A stretch of DNA of 64,000 nucleotides from Anaeramoeba ignava BMAN. Taxonomy: Eukaryota > Protista > Anaeramoebae. The stretch's first letter is position 1; each line of letters begins with the position of its first letter. Of this stretch, positions 43,620-56,105 are shown in pieces. The notes below the pieces were generated by a model that saw nothing but the letters and a program-made list of their open reading frames with translations, did not search any database and was not told the origin of the DNA. Location: positions 1 through 64,000 of the forward strand of contig JAPDFW010000131.1 in the NCBI GenBank assembly GCA_028826165.1. Direction: 5' to 3'. Both the position numbers and the translations under genes were made by a program.

Positions 43620-45938
43620 AAATTTATTTAAATTTTTAATAAATAAAATATTTTAATATTTTAATAATAAAATTGAATATAAAATTATATTTTTAAATTA
43701 ATTTATAAATTAAATATTAAATTAAATCTATTTTCATTCTTTATATTTCTATATGTTTAAATATTTAATAAATAAAATATTTAAATCTAAATTAATAAAA
43801 TAATATTTTAATAATAGAATTAAATATAAAATTATATTTTTAAATTAATTTATAAATTAAATATTAAATTAAATCTATTCTCATTTTTTATATTTATATG
43901 TTTAAATATTTAATAAATAAAATATTTAAATTTAAATTAATAAAATAATATTTTAATAATAGAATTAAATATAAAATTATATTTTTAAGTTAATTTATAA
44001 ATTAAATATTAAATTAAATCTATTCTCATTTTTTTATATTTATATGTTAAAATATTTAATAAAGAAAATATTTAAATCTAAATTAATAAAATAATATTTT
44101 AATAATAAAAATTGAATATAAAATTATATTTTTAAATTAATTTATAAATTAAATATTAAATTAAATCTATTTTCATTCTTTATATTTATATGTTTAAATA
44201 TTTAATAAATAAAATATTTAAATCTAAATTAATAAAATAATATTTTAATAATAAAATTAAATATAAAATTATATTTTTAAATTAATTTATAAATTAGATA
44301 TTAAATTAAATCTATTTTCATTTTTTATATTTATATGTTAAATATTTAATAAAGAAAATGTTTAAATCTAAATTAATAAAATAATATTTTAATAATAAAA
44401 TTAAATATAAAATTATATTTTTAAATTAATTTATAAATTAATTATTAAATTAAATCTATTTTCATTTTTTATATTTATATGTTAAATATTTAATAAAGAA
44501 AATATTTAAATCTAAATTAATAAAATAATATTTTAATAATAAAATTAGATATAAAATTATATTTTTAAATTAATTTATAAATTAGATATTAAATTAAATC
44601 TATTTTCATTTTTATATTTATATGTTTAAATATTTAATAAATAAAATATTTAAATATAAATTAATAAAATAATATTTTAATAATAAAATTGAATATAAAA
44701 TTATATTTTTAAATTAATTTATAAATTAAATATTAAATTAAATCTATTCTCATTCTTTATATTTATATGTTTAAATATTTAATAAATAAAATATTTAAAT
44801 CTAAATTAATAAATTATTATTTTAATAATAGAATTGGATATAAAATTATATTTTTAAATTGATTTATAAATTAGATATTAAATTAAATCTATTTTCATTT
44901 TTATATTTCTTTTGTTTAAATATTTAATAAATAAAATATTTAAATCAAATTAATAAATTAATATTTTAATAATAAAATTGAATATAAAATTATATTTTTA
45001 AATTAATTTATAAATTAAATATTAAATTAAATCTATTTTCATTCTTTATATTTATATGTTTAAATATTTAATAAATAAAAATATTTAAATTTAAATTAAT
45101 AAAATAATATTTTAATAATAAAATTAAATATAAAATTATATTTTTAAATTAATTTATAAATTAAATATTAAATTAAATCTATTCTCATTCTTTATATTTA
45201 TATGTTTAAATGTTTAATAAATAAAATATTTAAATCTAAATTAATAAAATAATATTTTAATAATAAAATTAAATATAAAATTATATTTTTAAATTGATTT
45301 ATAAATTAAATATTAAATTAAATCTATTCTCATTTTTATATTTATATGTTTAAATATTTAATAAATAAAATATTTAAATCTAAATTAATAAAATAATATT
45401 TTAATAATAGAATTGGATATAAAATTATATTTTTAAGTTAATTTATAAATTAGATATTAAATTAAATCTATTCTTATTCTTTATATTTATATGTTAAATG
45501 TTTAATAAATAAAATATTTAAATCTAAATTAATAAAATAATATTTTAATAATAGAATTGGATATAAAATTATATTTTTAAATTGATTTATAAATTAAATA
45601 TTAAATTAAATCTATTCTCATTCTTTATATTTATATGTTTAAATATTTAATAAATAAAATATTTAAATCTAAATCAATAAAATAATATTTTAATAATAAA
45701 ATTAGATATAAAATTATATTTTTAAATTAATTTATAAATTAGATATTAAATTAAATCTATTCTTATTCTTTATATTTATATGTTTAAATGTTTAATAAAT
45801 AAAATATTTAAATCTAAATCAATAAAATAATATTTTAATAATAAAATTAGATATAAAATTATATTTTTAAATTAATTTATAAATTAGATATTAAATTAAA
45901 TCTATTCTCATTCTTTATATTTATATGTTTAAATATTT
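43620..45938. repeat. Intergenic tandem satellite, ~145-bp unit x16
   Basis: AAATCTATT recurs from 43724 to 45898 at 144-147-bp spacing. Confidence 0.95.
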
Positions 45939-46569
45939 TTCCTTTTTTTTTAATTGATCATAAAAAGAAATTTGTTTTTTTTTAATTAGTTTTTCATTTT
46001 ATTCATTTTTATTAATTTTGATCTAAAAAAATCAAACTAAGAAAAAATTCTTGTTTAATTTTAAATTTGCTTTGGTGGATTTGAGTTGTTTATTTAATTC
46101 AAAATTCAATTCAAAAAGAAAAAAAAAGAAAAAAGATCAAAATGAATAAAAAATTCTTTTTGCTTCATTTTTGTTTTAATAAAATCACAAAAGGAAAAAT
46201 GAATTAAAAATTTAATTGTGATTCTTTGTTGGATTTACTATTTATTCAATTTATTCAATTTATCATTTTTTTTCTTCTTCTTTCCAATTTTAATTTTATT
46301 AAAATTTAATAAAAATTTAAAAAAATTCCATCAAAGATCTTCATCATTCTTCTTTTTTAAAACCAAAAAAAAAAAAGCAAAATTCAAATTACAAAATCAA
46401 AAATTAACCAAAAAAAAAACTAAAAAAAAAATTTAAAAAGATTTTTCATTTGTTTCTTTGCATTTTTTTTTTCTATTTTTGTTATTTTTGTGCAAAAATT
46501 CTTCTTAAATTATTATTATTTTTTTTAATTTTTTTTTATCATTAATTTTGAATCTTTTAAAAAAAAAAA

Positions 46570-48467
46570 ATGTCAAGATATTCAAACTTTTCTCATCACA
46601 AAAAAGTAGTTGGAAATTATTTACTTTTAAAAACAATTGGAAAAGGAAGTTTTGGAAAAGTAAAACTTGGAAAGCATATTCTTACTGGATCACAAGTAAA
46701 AAATTGAATATAAAAAAATTCTAATATAAAAAAATTCTAATTCGATTTTTTCTTTTTTAAAAAGGTTGCAATTAAAATTATTGATAAATCATTAATTTCA
46801 ATAAGAAAAGGAGCTGAACAAAGACTCAAAAATGAATTGAAAATTTTACAAGAAATTAAACATCCAAATGTTATTTCTTTATATGAAATTATTGAAACTA
46901 AATCATTTGTTTATCTTATTACTCAATATGCTTCTGGAGGAGAACTTTTTGATTTCATTGTTTCTCATGGAAGATTAGAAGAACCTCTTACAAGAAAATT
47001 TTTTAGACAAATAATTGATGGTAAAAAAAAAAAACGGAAAAAAAAATTTTTTTTGTTCCACTTTTTTTTTTAATTAAAAATTTTCTTCTTAATTTTTTTT
47101 TCTTCCAAAATTTTTCTTATTTAGCTGTTGATTTTTGTCATAGTCATAATATTGCTCATAGGGATATAAAACCCGAGAACATTTTATTAGATGAAAAACT
47201 CAATATCAAGATCATCGATTTTGGACTTTCTAGCTTTATATCTTCAAATGGATTATGCAAGACATGTTGTGGATCACCATCATATTCAGCACCTGAATTG
47301 ATCAAAGGGAATATCTATGATCCTATCAAGGCAGATATATGGTCGATGGGTGTTCTTCTGTATGCTTTGTTATGTGGGAAGCTTCCTTTTCCTGGGACGA
47401 CAACTAAAGAAATCTGTGAAAGTATTTTATCAGCAAAATTTTCAGTTCCTTCTCATGTTTCAGAATCTGCAAAAGATCTATTAGAAATAATGATTGAGCC
47501 GAATCCTTTTTTGCGAGCTTCACTTGAGGAGATAAGATATCACAAATGGCTTAGTATTGGATATTCAGAACCACCTGAACGAATTATCATTCCTAAAAAC
47601 ATTTTGGAAAATCCAAAAGAATCAATAATTAATTTTTTAGTTGAAATTGGAGTTTCAAGAGATTCTTTATTAACTTCTTTGAAGAAAAACAAGTTCAATT
47701 CCTTCACCGCCACATATTTATTGGTTCATATGGAGATGAAGAAGAATCCCAATTATAAACTGCCAGTAAAACTTCGCGATGGAAAGATATATGTTGATCT
47801 CGCTGATAAATCAAAAAAAACTCCAAAAAATGAAGATCAAAATCAAGAAGGTTTTTCCAATCAAAAAAGACAAAGTGGAAGATTTCGGATCACAAAATGT
47901 ACAGAAGATTCTGAGAAGAATATTGTACCTGAAAAAGATCAAGCGAAAGTGGAGAAAGAAGAAGAGAAAAAGGAAACAAAGAAGAAGAGAACTCAAGAAA
48001 AAATTCAAGATCTTCATCCAAAATTATTTCGCAAAAAAATAGGGGATCGTTCTGCCACAGTGAATCTCAACGAAAAGATAACAAAAGATCTCCGCAAGCC
48101 TCGAGCACTTACTGTTCCCAAACAAGAGGACTTGAAGGAACCTGAAAAAAAAGATCAAAATTCTGATTCTCAAGAAGTTGATGAAGTTCGACAAATAAGA
48201 GGTCCTTTTCAAGTTACATCAACTTCTTCGAAATCACCAACAAAAATTATTTCTTTATGTCGCAAAATCCTTTCTCAAAATAATATTCCTTTTGCTTCTG
48301 TTTCTCCTTTTGTGATTAAGTGCACTGTTGAAAATATTGAGTTTGAAATTGAAGTTGTTAGTATTCCTGGTTTGAAAAAATTTAATGTGATTAAATTTAA
48401 AAGAATTTCTGGAAATTGTTGGGAATTTCAAAATATTTGGAGTCAAATTGCTCCTAAATTGAATTAA
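46570..48467 (+). CDS. AMPK-related MARK/Kin1-like kinase (kinase-UBA-KA1; 3 exons)
   Basis: Exons 46570-46695, 46765-47020, 47125-48467. Motifs [18 protein letters not shown] and [12 protein letters not shown], a UBA-like ATYLL, and C-terminal KA1 (FEIEVV…[11 protein letters not shown]). Confidence 0.92.
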
Positions 48468-48685
48468 TTTTTTTCATTTTTCACTTTACTTTTCTTTTTG
48501 CTTTATTTTTACTTTTTTTTTTAATTTGTTTGTTTTTGTATTCATTTTTTTTATTAAATCAAAACAACTTGATAATTTTTCTTTTTTTTTTGGGTTTTGA
48601 TTTATTTTGATTTCTTTTTAAATTTCTTTTTAAATTTCTTTTTAAATTTCTTTTTAAATTTCTTCTAAATTTTTTAATTTGATTT

Positions 48686-51022
48686 TTAATATGGATCAAA
48701 TAAAAGTTGAGAAAATCTTTTCAATCTTTCAATTCCTCTAATTTCAAAAGGAAAAAGTGGCATTTTTGTCACATAAAAATCTTCATAAAGAATATCAATA
48801 TCATCCAAATATTTTTTTTGTAATCTTGATCTTGAATCACATAAGGGACAATTCTTTAAAAATCTAAGATTTTCTGAATCATTTTGAGAATTGATTTTCA
48901 ATTTAGTTTGAATTCCATTTGCAATTTCTTCTTGTGTTTGTTGATCTTGTTTTAAAATTTCTAAAATTTTCTCTGATTTTTCTGGAATTATTAATTGATT
49001 TACTACAAGATTATTTGTATTAATTCCAAATTTAAATAATTCTTGAACCATTCTTTCTGTTTCATACAAAGATAAAAATTCCGCAATACAAACATTAATA
49101 AAAGTAGTTTTTTCCTTGAGAAAAAATTTGATCGTCATAAAGAATATTGGAGTATTTTTGTTTTTGTTTTGTTTTGTTTTTAAATGATTTAAAAGAAAAA
49201 TCTTGTTATTGAATTTCCTTTTTTTTTTTGGAATTAAATTAGACGAAAAAAAATACTGAATCTCTTAATTGAGCTGTTACTTGATCCAAAGATTTGTTTA
49301 AAATATCCATTTGTTCTTCTTCAGGTTCATCTGATTCTGATAAAAAATCTGGCATCAACTAAATTGATAATATTTATTAATTTTAATTTTAATTTTGGTT
49401 TTAATTTTAATTTTAATTTTAATTTTAATTTTGATTTTAATTTTAATTTTGATTTTAATTTTTCAATAAACCTTTGTTGCTAATTTTAATGCTGTTGATT
49501 TTAAATCAAATATTTTTGAAAAGGGTTTGTTTAGAAATTCAGGAAGAGATAATAATTTTAATGTATGTCCTGTTGGTGCAGTGTCAAAAACAACTACAGA
49601 AAATTCCATATCAGAAACAAGTCTAAATTTTTTTTTTTTCAATTTAATTTTTCAATTTAATTTTTTTCCAATTTAATTTTTTTCCAATTTAATTTTTTTT
49701 TAAAATGGTTTTCTACTTCATAAAATTAAAAAAATTCATCATTTCATCAATTCCTGGAAATGATTTTGTTGCATTTTGAAAGAAATTAAATGTTGGATTT
49801 GATTGTGAATTATCTAATTTTTTTTCAAGATCATCTTTTTCATCCAATTCGAAAGAATTGTTTGTTTCCTTTTTAATAATATTTAATTTTATATTTAATT
49901 TAATATTTAATTTAATTTAATATTTAATTTAATTTTATATTTAATTTAATATTTAATTTAATATTTAATTTTATATTTAATTTTATATTTAATATTTAAT
50001 TTTATATTTAATTTTATATTTAATATTTAATTTTATATTTAATTTAATATTTAATATTTAATTTAATATTTAATTTTAATATTTAATTTTATATTTAATT
50101 TTTATATTTAATATTTAATTTAATATTTTAATATTTAATTTTAATATTTAATTTTATATTTAATAATTTTATATTTAAATATTTATATTTAATTTTTTAT
50201 ATTTAATTTAATTTTTATAATTTAATTTTTATATTTAATTTTATATTTTAATTTTATATTTAATTTTAATATTTTAATTTTTTTAATTTTTAATTTTATT
50301 TTAATTTAATTTTATATTTAATATTTAATTTTATATTTAATTTTAATATTTAATTTAATATTTAATTTTTATTATTTAATAATTTTTAATTTTTATATTT
50401 AATTTAATATTTAATATTTAATTTTTATATTTAATATTTAATTTAATTTAATATTTAATTTTATATTTAATTTTAATTTTATATTTATATTTAATATTTA
50501 ATTTTATATTTTTATTTTATATTTAATTTTATATTTTATTTTTTTATATTTAATTTAATTTTATATAATTTTATATTTTATATTTTATTTAATTTTAATA
50601 TTTTAATTTTTAATATTTAATTTTTATATTTAATTTAATATTTTATATTTAATTTTTATATTTAATTTAATATTTAATTTTATATTTAATTTAATATTTT
50701 ATATTGAATTTTATATTTAATTTAATATTTAATTTTATATTTAATTTAATATTTAATTAACCATCGCATATAAATTTGTAAATCCATTAATTTTTGTTGG
50801 TTCAGATGTTATTTTTTGGTCAAAAGCATCTGATAAATTATGAGCAGGATCAGTTGAAATTATTAAAACACTTTCTCTAAATTTTGAAAGTTCAATTGCA
50901 AAACTACAACTAATTGTTGTTTTTCCAACACCACCTTTACCTCCAAACATTATCCATTGAAGAGATTTTCTTTGTAAAAGATTAGATAAAGTTGTTTTAT
51001 TTATTTTTATTTCAGATTCCAT
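48686..51022 (-). CDS. GET3: GET3/ASNA1 tail-anchored protein insertion ATPase (5 exons)
   Basis: Exons 51022-50762, 49868-49717, 49622-49472, 49358-49257, 49114-48686. Motifs [43 protein letters not shown] and CxxC. Confidence 0.95.
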
Positions 51023-51460
51023 TATTTTTTAAAAAAGAAAAAAATGAAATTTAAAAAAATGAATTTTAATTTTTATTTTGTTTTTGTTTTTGTTTTTGTT
51101 TTTATTTTTGTTTTTATTTTTATTTTTATTTTTGTTTTTATTTTTGTTTTTGTTTTTGTTTTTTTTGTTTTTGTTTTTGTTTTTATTTTTGTTTTTATTT
51201 TTATTTTTGTTTTTGTTTTTGTTTTTGTTTTTATTTTTATTTTTATTTTTATTGTTGTTTTTATTTTTGTTTTTTAAATAAATAAAAGAACATCATTTGT
51301 AAATGACAAATTCAAAAAAAATTTTTCCATTTTTTTCTAAATTCATTTTTTTTCTTTTCATTTTTTTTTTTCAAATTTTTATTCTTAATCCAAAAAAAAA
51401 AAGCAAAAACAACAAAAACAACAAAAATAATAAAAATAAAAATAAAAATAAATTCATTAA

Positions 51461-52894
51461 ATGCATCATAGACAAGCACAACAAAAAACACCACAGCTTG
51501 TGCGAGGAGCATTTGATCCTAACGCACAACCAAGAAAATTACCATCACCAACTCAAGGAAGATTTCCTCGAGCAAAAGTAATTGAAACAACTGGAAGATC
51601 AGGATTTCCAAAAGCAAAAAAAAACAAAGAAGAAAAAAAAGTTGAAAATTCATTTGAAAATAAAGGAATTAAATTACCAACTCCTCCTCCAAAAACTAAA
51701 ACACCAACTTCAATTGTGGAAACAATTTCAACACCAAATCCATTAGTTTCAAAACCAACTCCAATTTCCAATCAAAATCAAAATTTAAATCAAAATCAAA
51801 ATCAAAATTTAAATCAAAATCAAAATTTAAATCAAAATCAAAATTTAAATCAAAATCAAAATTTAAATCAAAATCAAAATTTAAATCAAAATCAAAATTT
51901 AAATCAAAATCAAAATTTAAATCAAAATCAAAATTTAAATCAAAATTCAAATCAAAATCTAAATCAAAATCAAAATTTAAATCAAAATCAAAATTTAAAT
52001 CAAAATCAAAATAATCAAAATCAAACTTTCCCAAAACCAAAATCACCAATTACAAAATTAACTGAAAAAAGTTTAAGTGCAAGAATTAATCCAAAAAATT
52101 TTGTTCCAAAAAAATTAAATGAAAAAAATTTAACTGAAAACAATTTGAATGAAAATATCACTCAAATAAATCCAAATGAAACCAGTCTCAATCCATCAAA
52201 TATACAAAAAAGTCAAAAAATTCAAAAAATTGAAAAAATTCAAAAAAGTCAAAAAATTTCAAAACAAAAAATAGAAAAAATTAATATTCTTGAACCATTG
52301 AAATTTCATGAAGATCAATTAACAAAGATTTCACCAGGATATCGATATACAGATTATTGGGTGGATCTTTCTTGTTTTGTTCCTTCACTTTCTGTGTTTC
52401 CGATAAATTATTTTTCAAAAACTTTAGTTTCAATTGATATTAGTATGAACAAATTTACACAATTTCCAGATATTTTATTGCAATGTAAAGAACTTGAATA
52501 TCTTGATATTTCTCACAACTCAATTTCTTCACTTCCTCAACTTTCTAATTATTTTCCTAAACTTTCAACTTTAGATGTTGGTTTTAATAATTTGACATCT
52601 TGTGATTTTATTCGAGGATTGAAAAACATTTCCAAATTAAGTTTAAATGGAAATCAAATTCGACAACTTCCTGATGAAATTGCTTCTTTTACTTTTTTGA
52701 AAGAACTCTATTTTGATTCTAATCAAATTTCTTCAATTCCTCAAAATTTTCGTAGTTTACGTTTAATAAATTATTCTGGTGAAAATAATAATCTTAAACC
52801 TGAAGATTTTAATATTTTACAATCATCAAAACAAACAATAGAAACACAATTTCCAAAAGCAAAATCAAAAAAAGAAACAATATCAAAAAATTAA
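51461..52894 (+). CDS. Pro-rich / QNLN-repeat protein with C-terminal leucine-rich repeats
   Basis: LxxLDISHNxI-type LRRs (about 5-6) after a Pro-rich region and an (NQNQNL)n tract. Confidence 0.85.
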   Translation: MHHRQAQQKTPQLVRGAFDPNAQPRKLPSPTQGRFPRAKVIETTGRSGFPKAKKNKEEKKVENSFENKGIKLPTPPPKTKTPTSIVETISTPNPLVSKPTPISNQNQNLNQNQNQNLNQNQNLNQNQNLNQNQNLNQNQNLNQNQNLNQNQNLNQNQNLNQNSNQNLNQNQNLNQNQNLNQNQNNQNQTFPKPKSPITKLTEKSLSARINPKNFVPKKLNEKNLTENNLNENITQINPNETSLNPSNIQKSQKIQKIEKIQKSQKISKQKIEKINILEPLKFHEDQLTKISPGYRYTDYWVDLSCFVPSLSVFPINYFSKTLVSIDISMNKFTQFPDILLQCKELEYLDISHNSISSLPQLSNYFPKLSTLDVGFNNLTSCDFIRGLKNISKLSLNGNQIRQLPDEIASFTFLKELYFDSNQISSIPQNFRSLRLINYSGENNNLKPEDFNILQSSKQTIETQFPKAKSKKETISKN

Positions 52895-53243
52895 AATTAT
52901 AATAATTGAAATTTATAATTTGAGTTTTGGATTGAATTTTCTATTTCTTTTTCAAATTGAATTCTTTTTTTTTTTTTCCTTTTTTTTTTAAATCAAAAAA
53001 AATAAAATAAAAAAAGAAATTAATAATTTTGTTTTTGTTTTTTTTGTTTTTTCGACTTTTTTTTTTTTTTGGTTTTTAAAAAAAATTTTTGAAAGAAAAT
53101 CGAAAGTTGAAGAAGATGACAAACCAAATTAAAAAGAAAAAAAAAAAAAGAAAAAAAAACGGAAAAAGTGAAAAAGTTGAAGAGAACTGAAAAGAAAAGC
53201 AAAAAAGAAGGAGAAAGAAAAAAGGGGAAAGAAAAAGAAAAAC

Positions 53244-55404
53244 TTAGTTCTTTGCTTTCAAAGCAGCTTCCAAATCAGCAATTCGTTTTTCTTGTGCTTT
53301 AATTGTTTTCTCAGCTTTTTCAAGTTTTTCACGAAGAAGAACAGGGTCAGTAATTTCAAGAGTAGGAGTATCAGTTTGTTTTTCAGGTTTGAATTCAGCT
53401 TTAATTTCTGGTTGAACAAATCCACCTTCCAAAGAGATTTTTTCTGGAAGATTGTTTCCACCTTCGAACCATTCATCAGCAGTCATTCCTGGTTCCATTC
53501 CAAATGTTGGTGGGAAGATATCATCTTGGAAGAAATCTGATTTTCTTGGGACAACAAATGGAATTGGTTGGATCATGTTGTTTGCCATTTTGTAAGCTCT
53601 TGCAATTTCACATGAATTAACATCACATGCCAATTTAGGTGCCATTGCCATTCCGTGTGTTGGAACTGAGGATTTGAATTCACTAAGTGCATAATAATAT
53701 GGAGGTTCATCAATCATTTCGTAATATCTAATGTTTCCATCTCCCTAAAAAATAAATCAAAAATCAAAAATCAAAAATCAAAAATCAAAAATCAAAAATC
53801 AAAAATCATTTTTATAAAATTAAATTTACTTTTCCTGCAAGATATAAAACACTTGTATCTGGATCATAAAATGGCATAATAACTCCTGATGATGTATCAA
53901 TGTTCATTGTGCTCAATGGTTTTTCCATTTCTCTTGGATCCCAAATAGCAAATTGTCTATCACTTGTTCTTGAAAATCCAACTGTGAAGATTTTATCTTT
54001 ATCTGTTAACCAAACAACTCTGAAACCTTTAACACCAGTATGAGCTTCAGTTTCCTTTTTTTGGAATAAAAATATAAAATTGAAAAAAAATTTAAATTAA
54101 CATGAAATATTTAAATTAACATGAATTATTTAAATTAACATGAATTATTTATATTAACATGAATTATTTAAATTAACATGAAATATTTATATTAACATGA
54201 AATAATATAAAAAATTTAAATTAAAATGAAATGATTTAAATATTTAAATTAACATGAAATAATATGAAATATTTAAATTAACATGAAATAATATAAAATA
54301 TTTAAATTAAAATGAAATGATTTAAATTATTTATATTAATATGAAATGATATTAATTATTTATATTAATATTAAAATATTTATATTAACATGAAAATATT
54401 ATTTATTTAAATATATTAAATATTTAAATTAACATGAAATAATATAAATTATTTATATTAACATAAATTATTTATATTTTAATATGAAATGATTTAAAAA
54501 TATTTAAATTAAAATGAAATAATATTAAATATTTAAATTAAAATGAAATAATATTAAATATTTAAATTAACATGAAATGATATTAATTATTTATATTAAT
54601 ATGAAATGATATTAATTATTTATATTAATATGAAATGATATAAATTATTTATATTAATATGAAATGATATTAAATATTTATATTAACATGAAATATTTAT
54701 ATTAAAATGAAATGATTTAAAATATTTCAAAATATTTATATCAACATGAAATGATTTCAATTAAAAATATTTCAATTTACAGCAATTGGTGATGTATCGG
54801 CTCTTGGATCATAAATTCTAAGTTTTTTATCTTTTGCACTAATAGCAAATTGTGAACCATCCATATTCCAAGAGAAACTTTGAATAATATTAGAAGGACC
54901 AGTAGTAGTGATTTTCTCTTCACCTTTTTCAATATCCCAAATCTTAACAGTATAATCAGCAGAAGTAGTAGAAACAACATTATTAGCAGAAGGATGGAAA
55001 ACAATATGACCAACTTTTCTCTTGTGGCCATTAAGATTTTGTACAGATTCTTTCATATCTTCCTTGAGTCCTTCATCAGGAATATTCCAGATTTTAGCAG
55101 TGCAATCTTCAGATGATGAACCAATCAAATTTGGATTGAAAGGATTGAAAGCAAGATCAAGAACTTTTCCAGTGTGTCCTTTAACTAAAGGAATAACTCC
55201 AAGTTTTCCAACTGATGTTAATGGAAGAACAGCAAATGCTCCACCTCCTCCTGATGCCCAGCAAGCGGCAACAAATTTTGTGTTTGCTGCAACAAAATTT
55301 CCATCCCAAGCTGTTTTAGTTGCTTGAATTCCATCAAAACAATTTTCTCTTTTTGCTTCAGTTCCAAAAACGTGTCGATATTTACTTCTTCTTACAATAT
55401 TCAT
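53244..55404 (-). CDS. Coronin (3 exons)
   Basis: Exons 55404-54781, 54054-53830, 53744-53244. VRRSKYRHVFG, WD repeats, GKGDGNIRYYE, VPRKSDFFQDDIFP and a C-terminal coiled coil. Confidence 0.97.
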
Positions 55405-56105
55405 TTGTCTTGTTTTAAGATTAAAATTTTTATGTTTGTTTTTTTTTTTTTTTGTATAAAAAGATTTGAATTAATTTTATATTTTCATTTTGTTTTTGTT
55501 GTTGTTTTTTTTTGTGTTTTTTTTTTGATGAATAGATTTTTTGCTTTTTTTTTTTAATTAAAATTTTTTTTTTTTTTGCTTTTTTTTTTTTAATTAATAA
55601 GAATAATTTTAATTTAAAATTAAATTTAAAATTAAATTTTTAAATTATAAATTATGTGTCATTTTGTTGTAATTTTAATTTTTTTAATAATTTTCTTAAA
55701 TAATTTTCTTTTTTCTTAAATAATAAAATTAAAATAGAAAAAAAACTTTTTTTTTTATAAATTAATTGATTTAAAATAAATTTATAATTTTCCTTACTTT
55801 TAATTAAAATGAAAAAATGATCTTTTAAAAAATTAAAAAAAAAAATTTTTTTTAAATTAAAATTAAAAAAAAAAAAAAATTAAAATAAAAATTTTTAAAT
55901 AAAATTGCCTGCAATTAATTTCTAATTATTTTATAATATTTTTAATTTTATTCCTTATTAATTTCTTATTAAATTATGATAAAATTCTTGAACTCCCCTT
56001 TAATTATTTAAAAAGGAGAAAAAAAAAATTTTTTAATTAAAAAAAATAAATTTAAAATTAAAAAGGAGAATTTTTTTTATTTCATTTTTTCTCTTTTCCT
56101 AATTC

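Noticed and set aside
26140-45938. The two long arrays as CRISPR arrays
   Set aside because: Whole units repeat with no unique spacers, the context is eukaryotic, and there are no cas genes.
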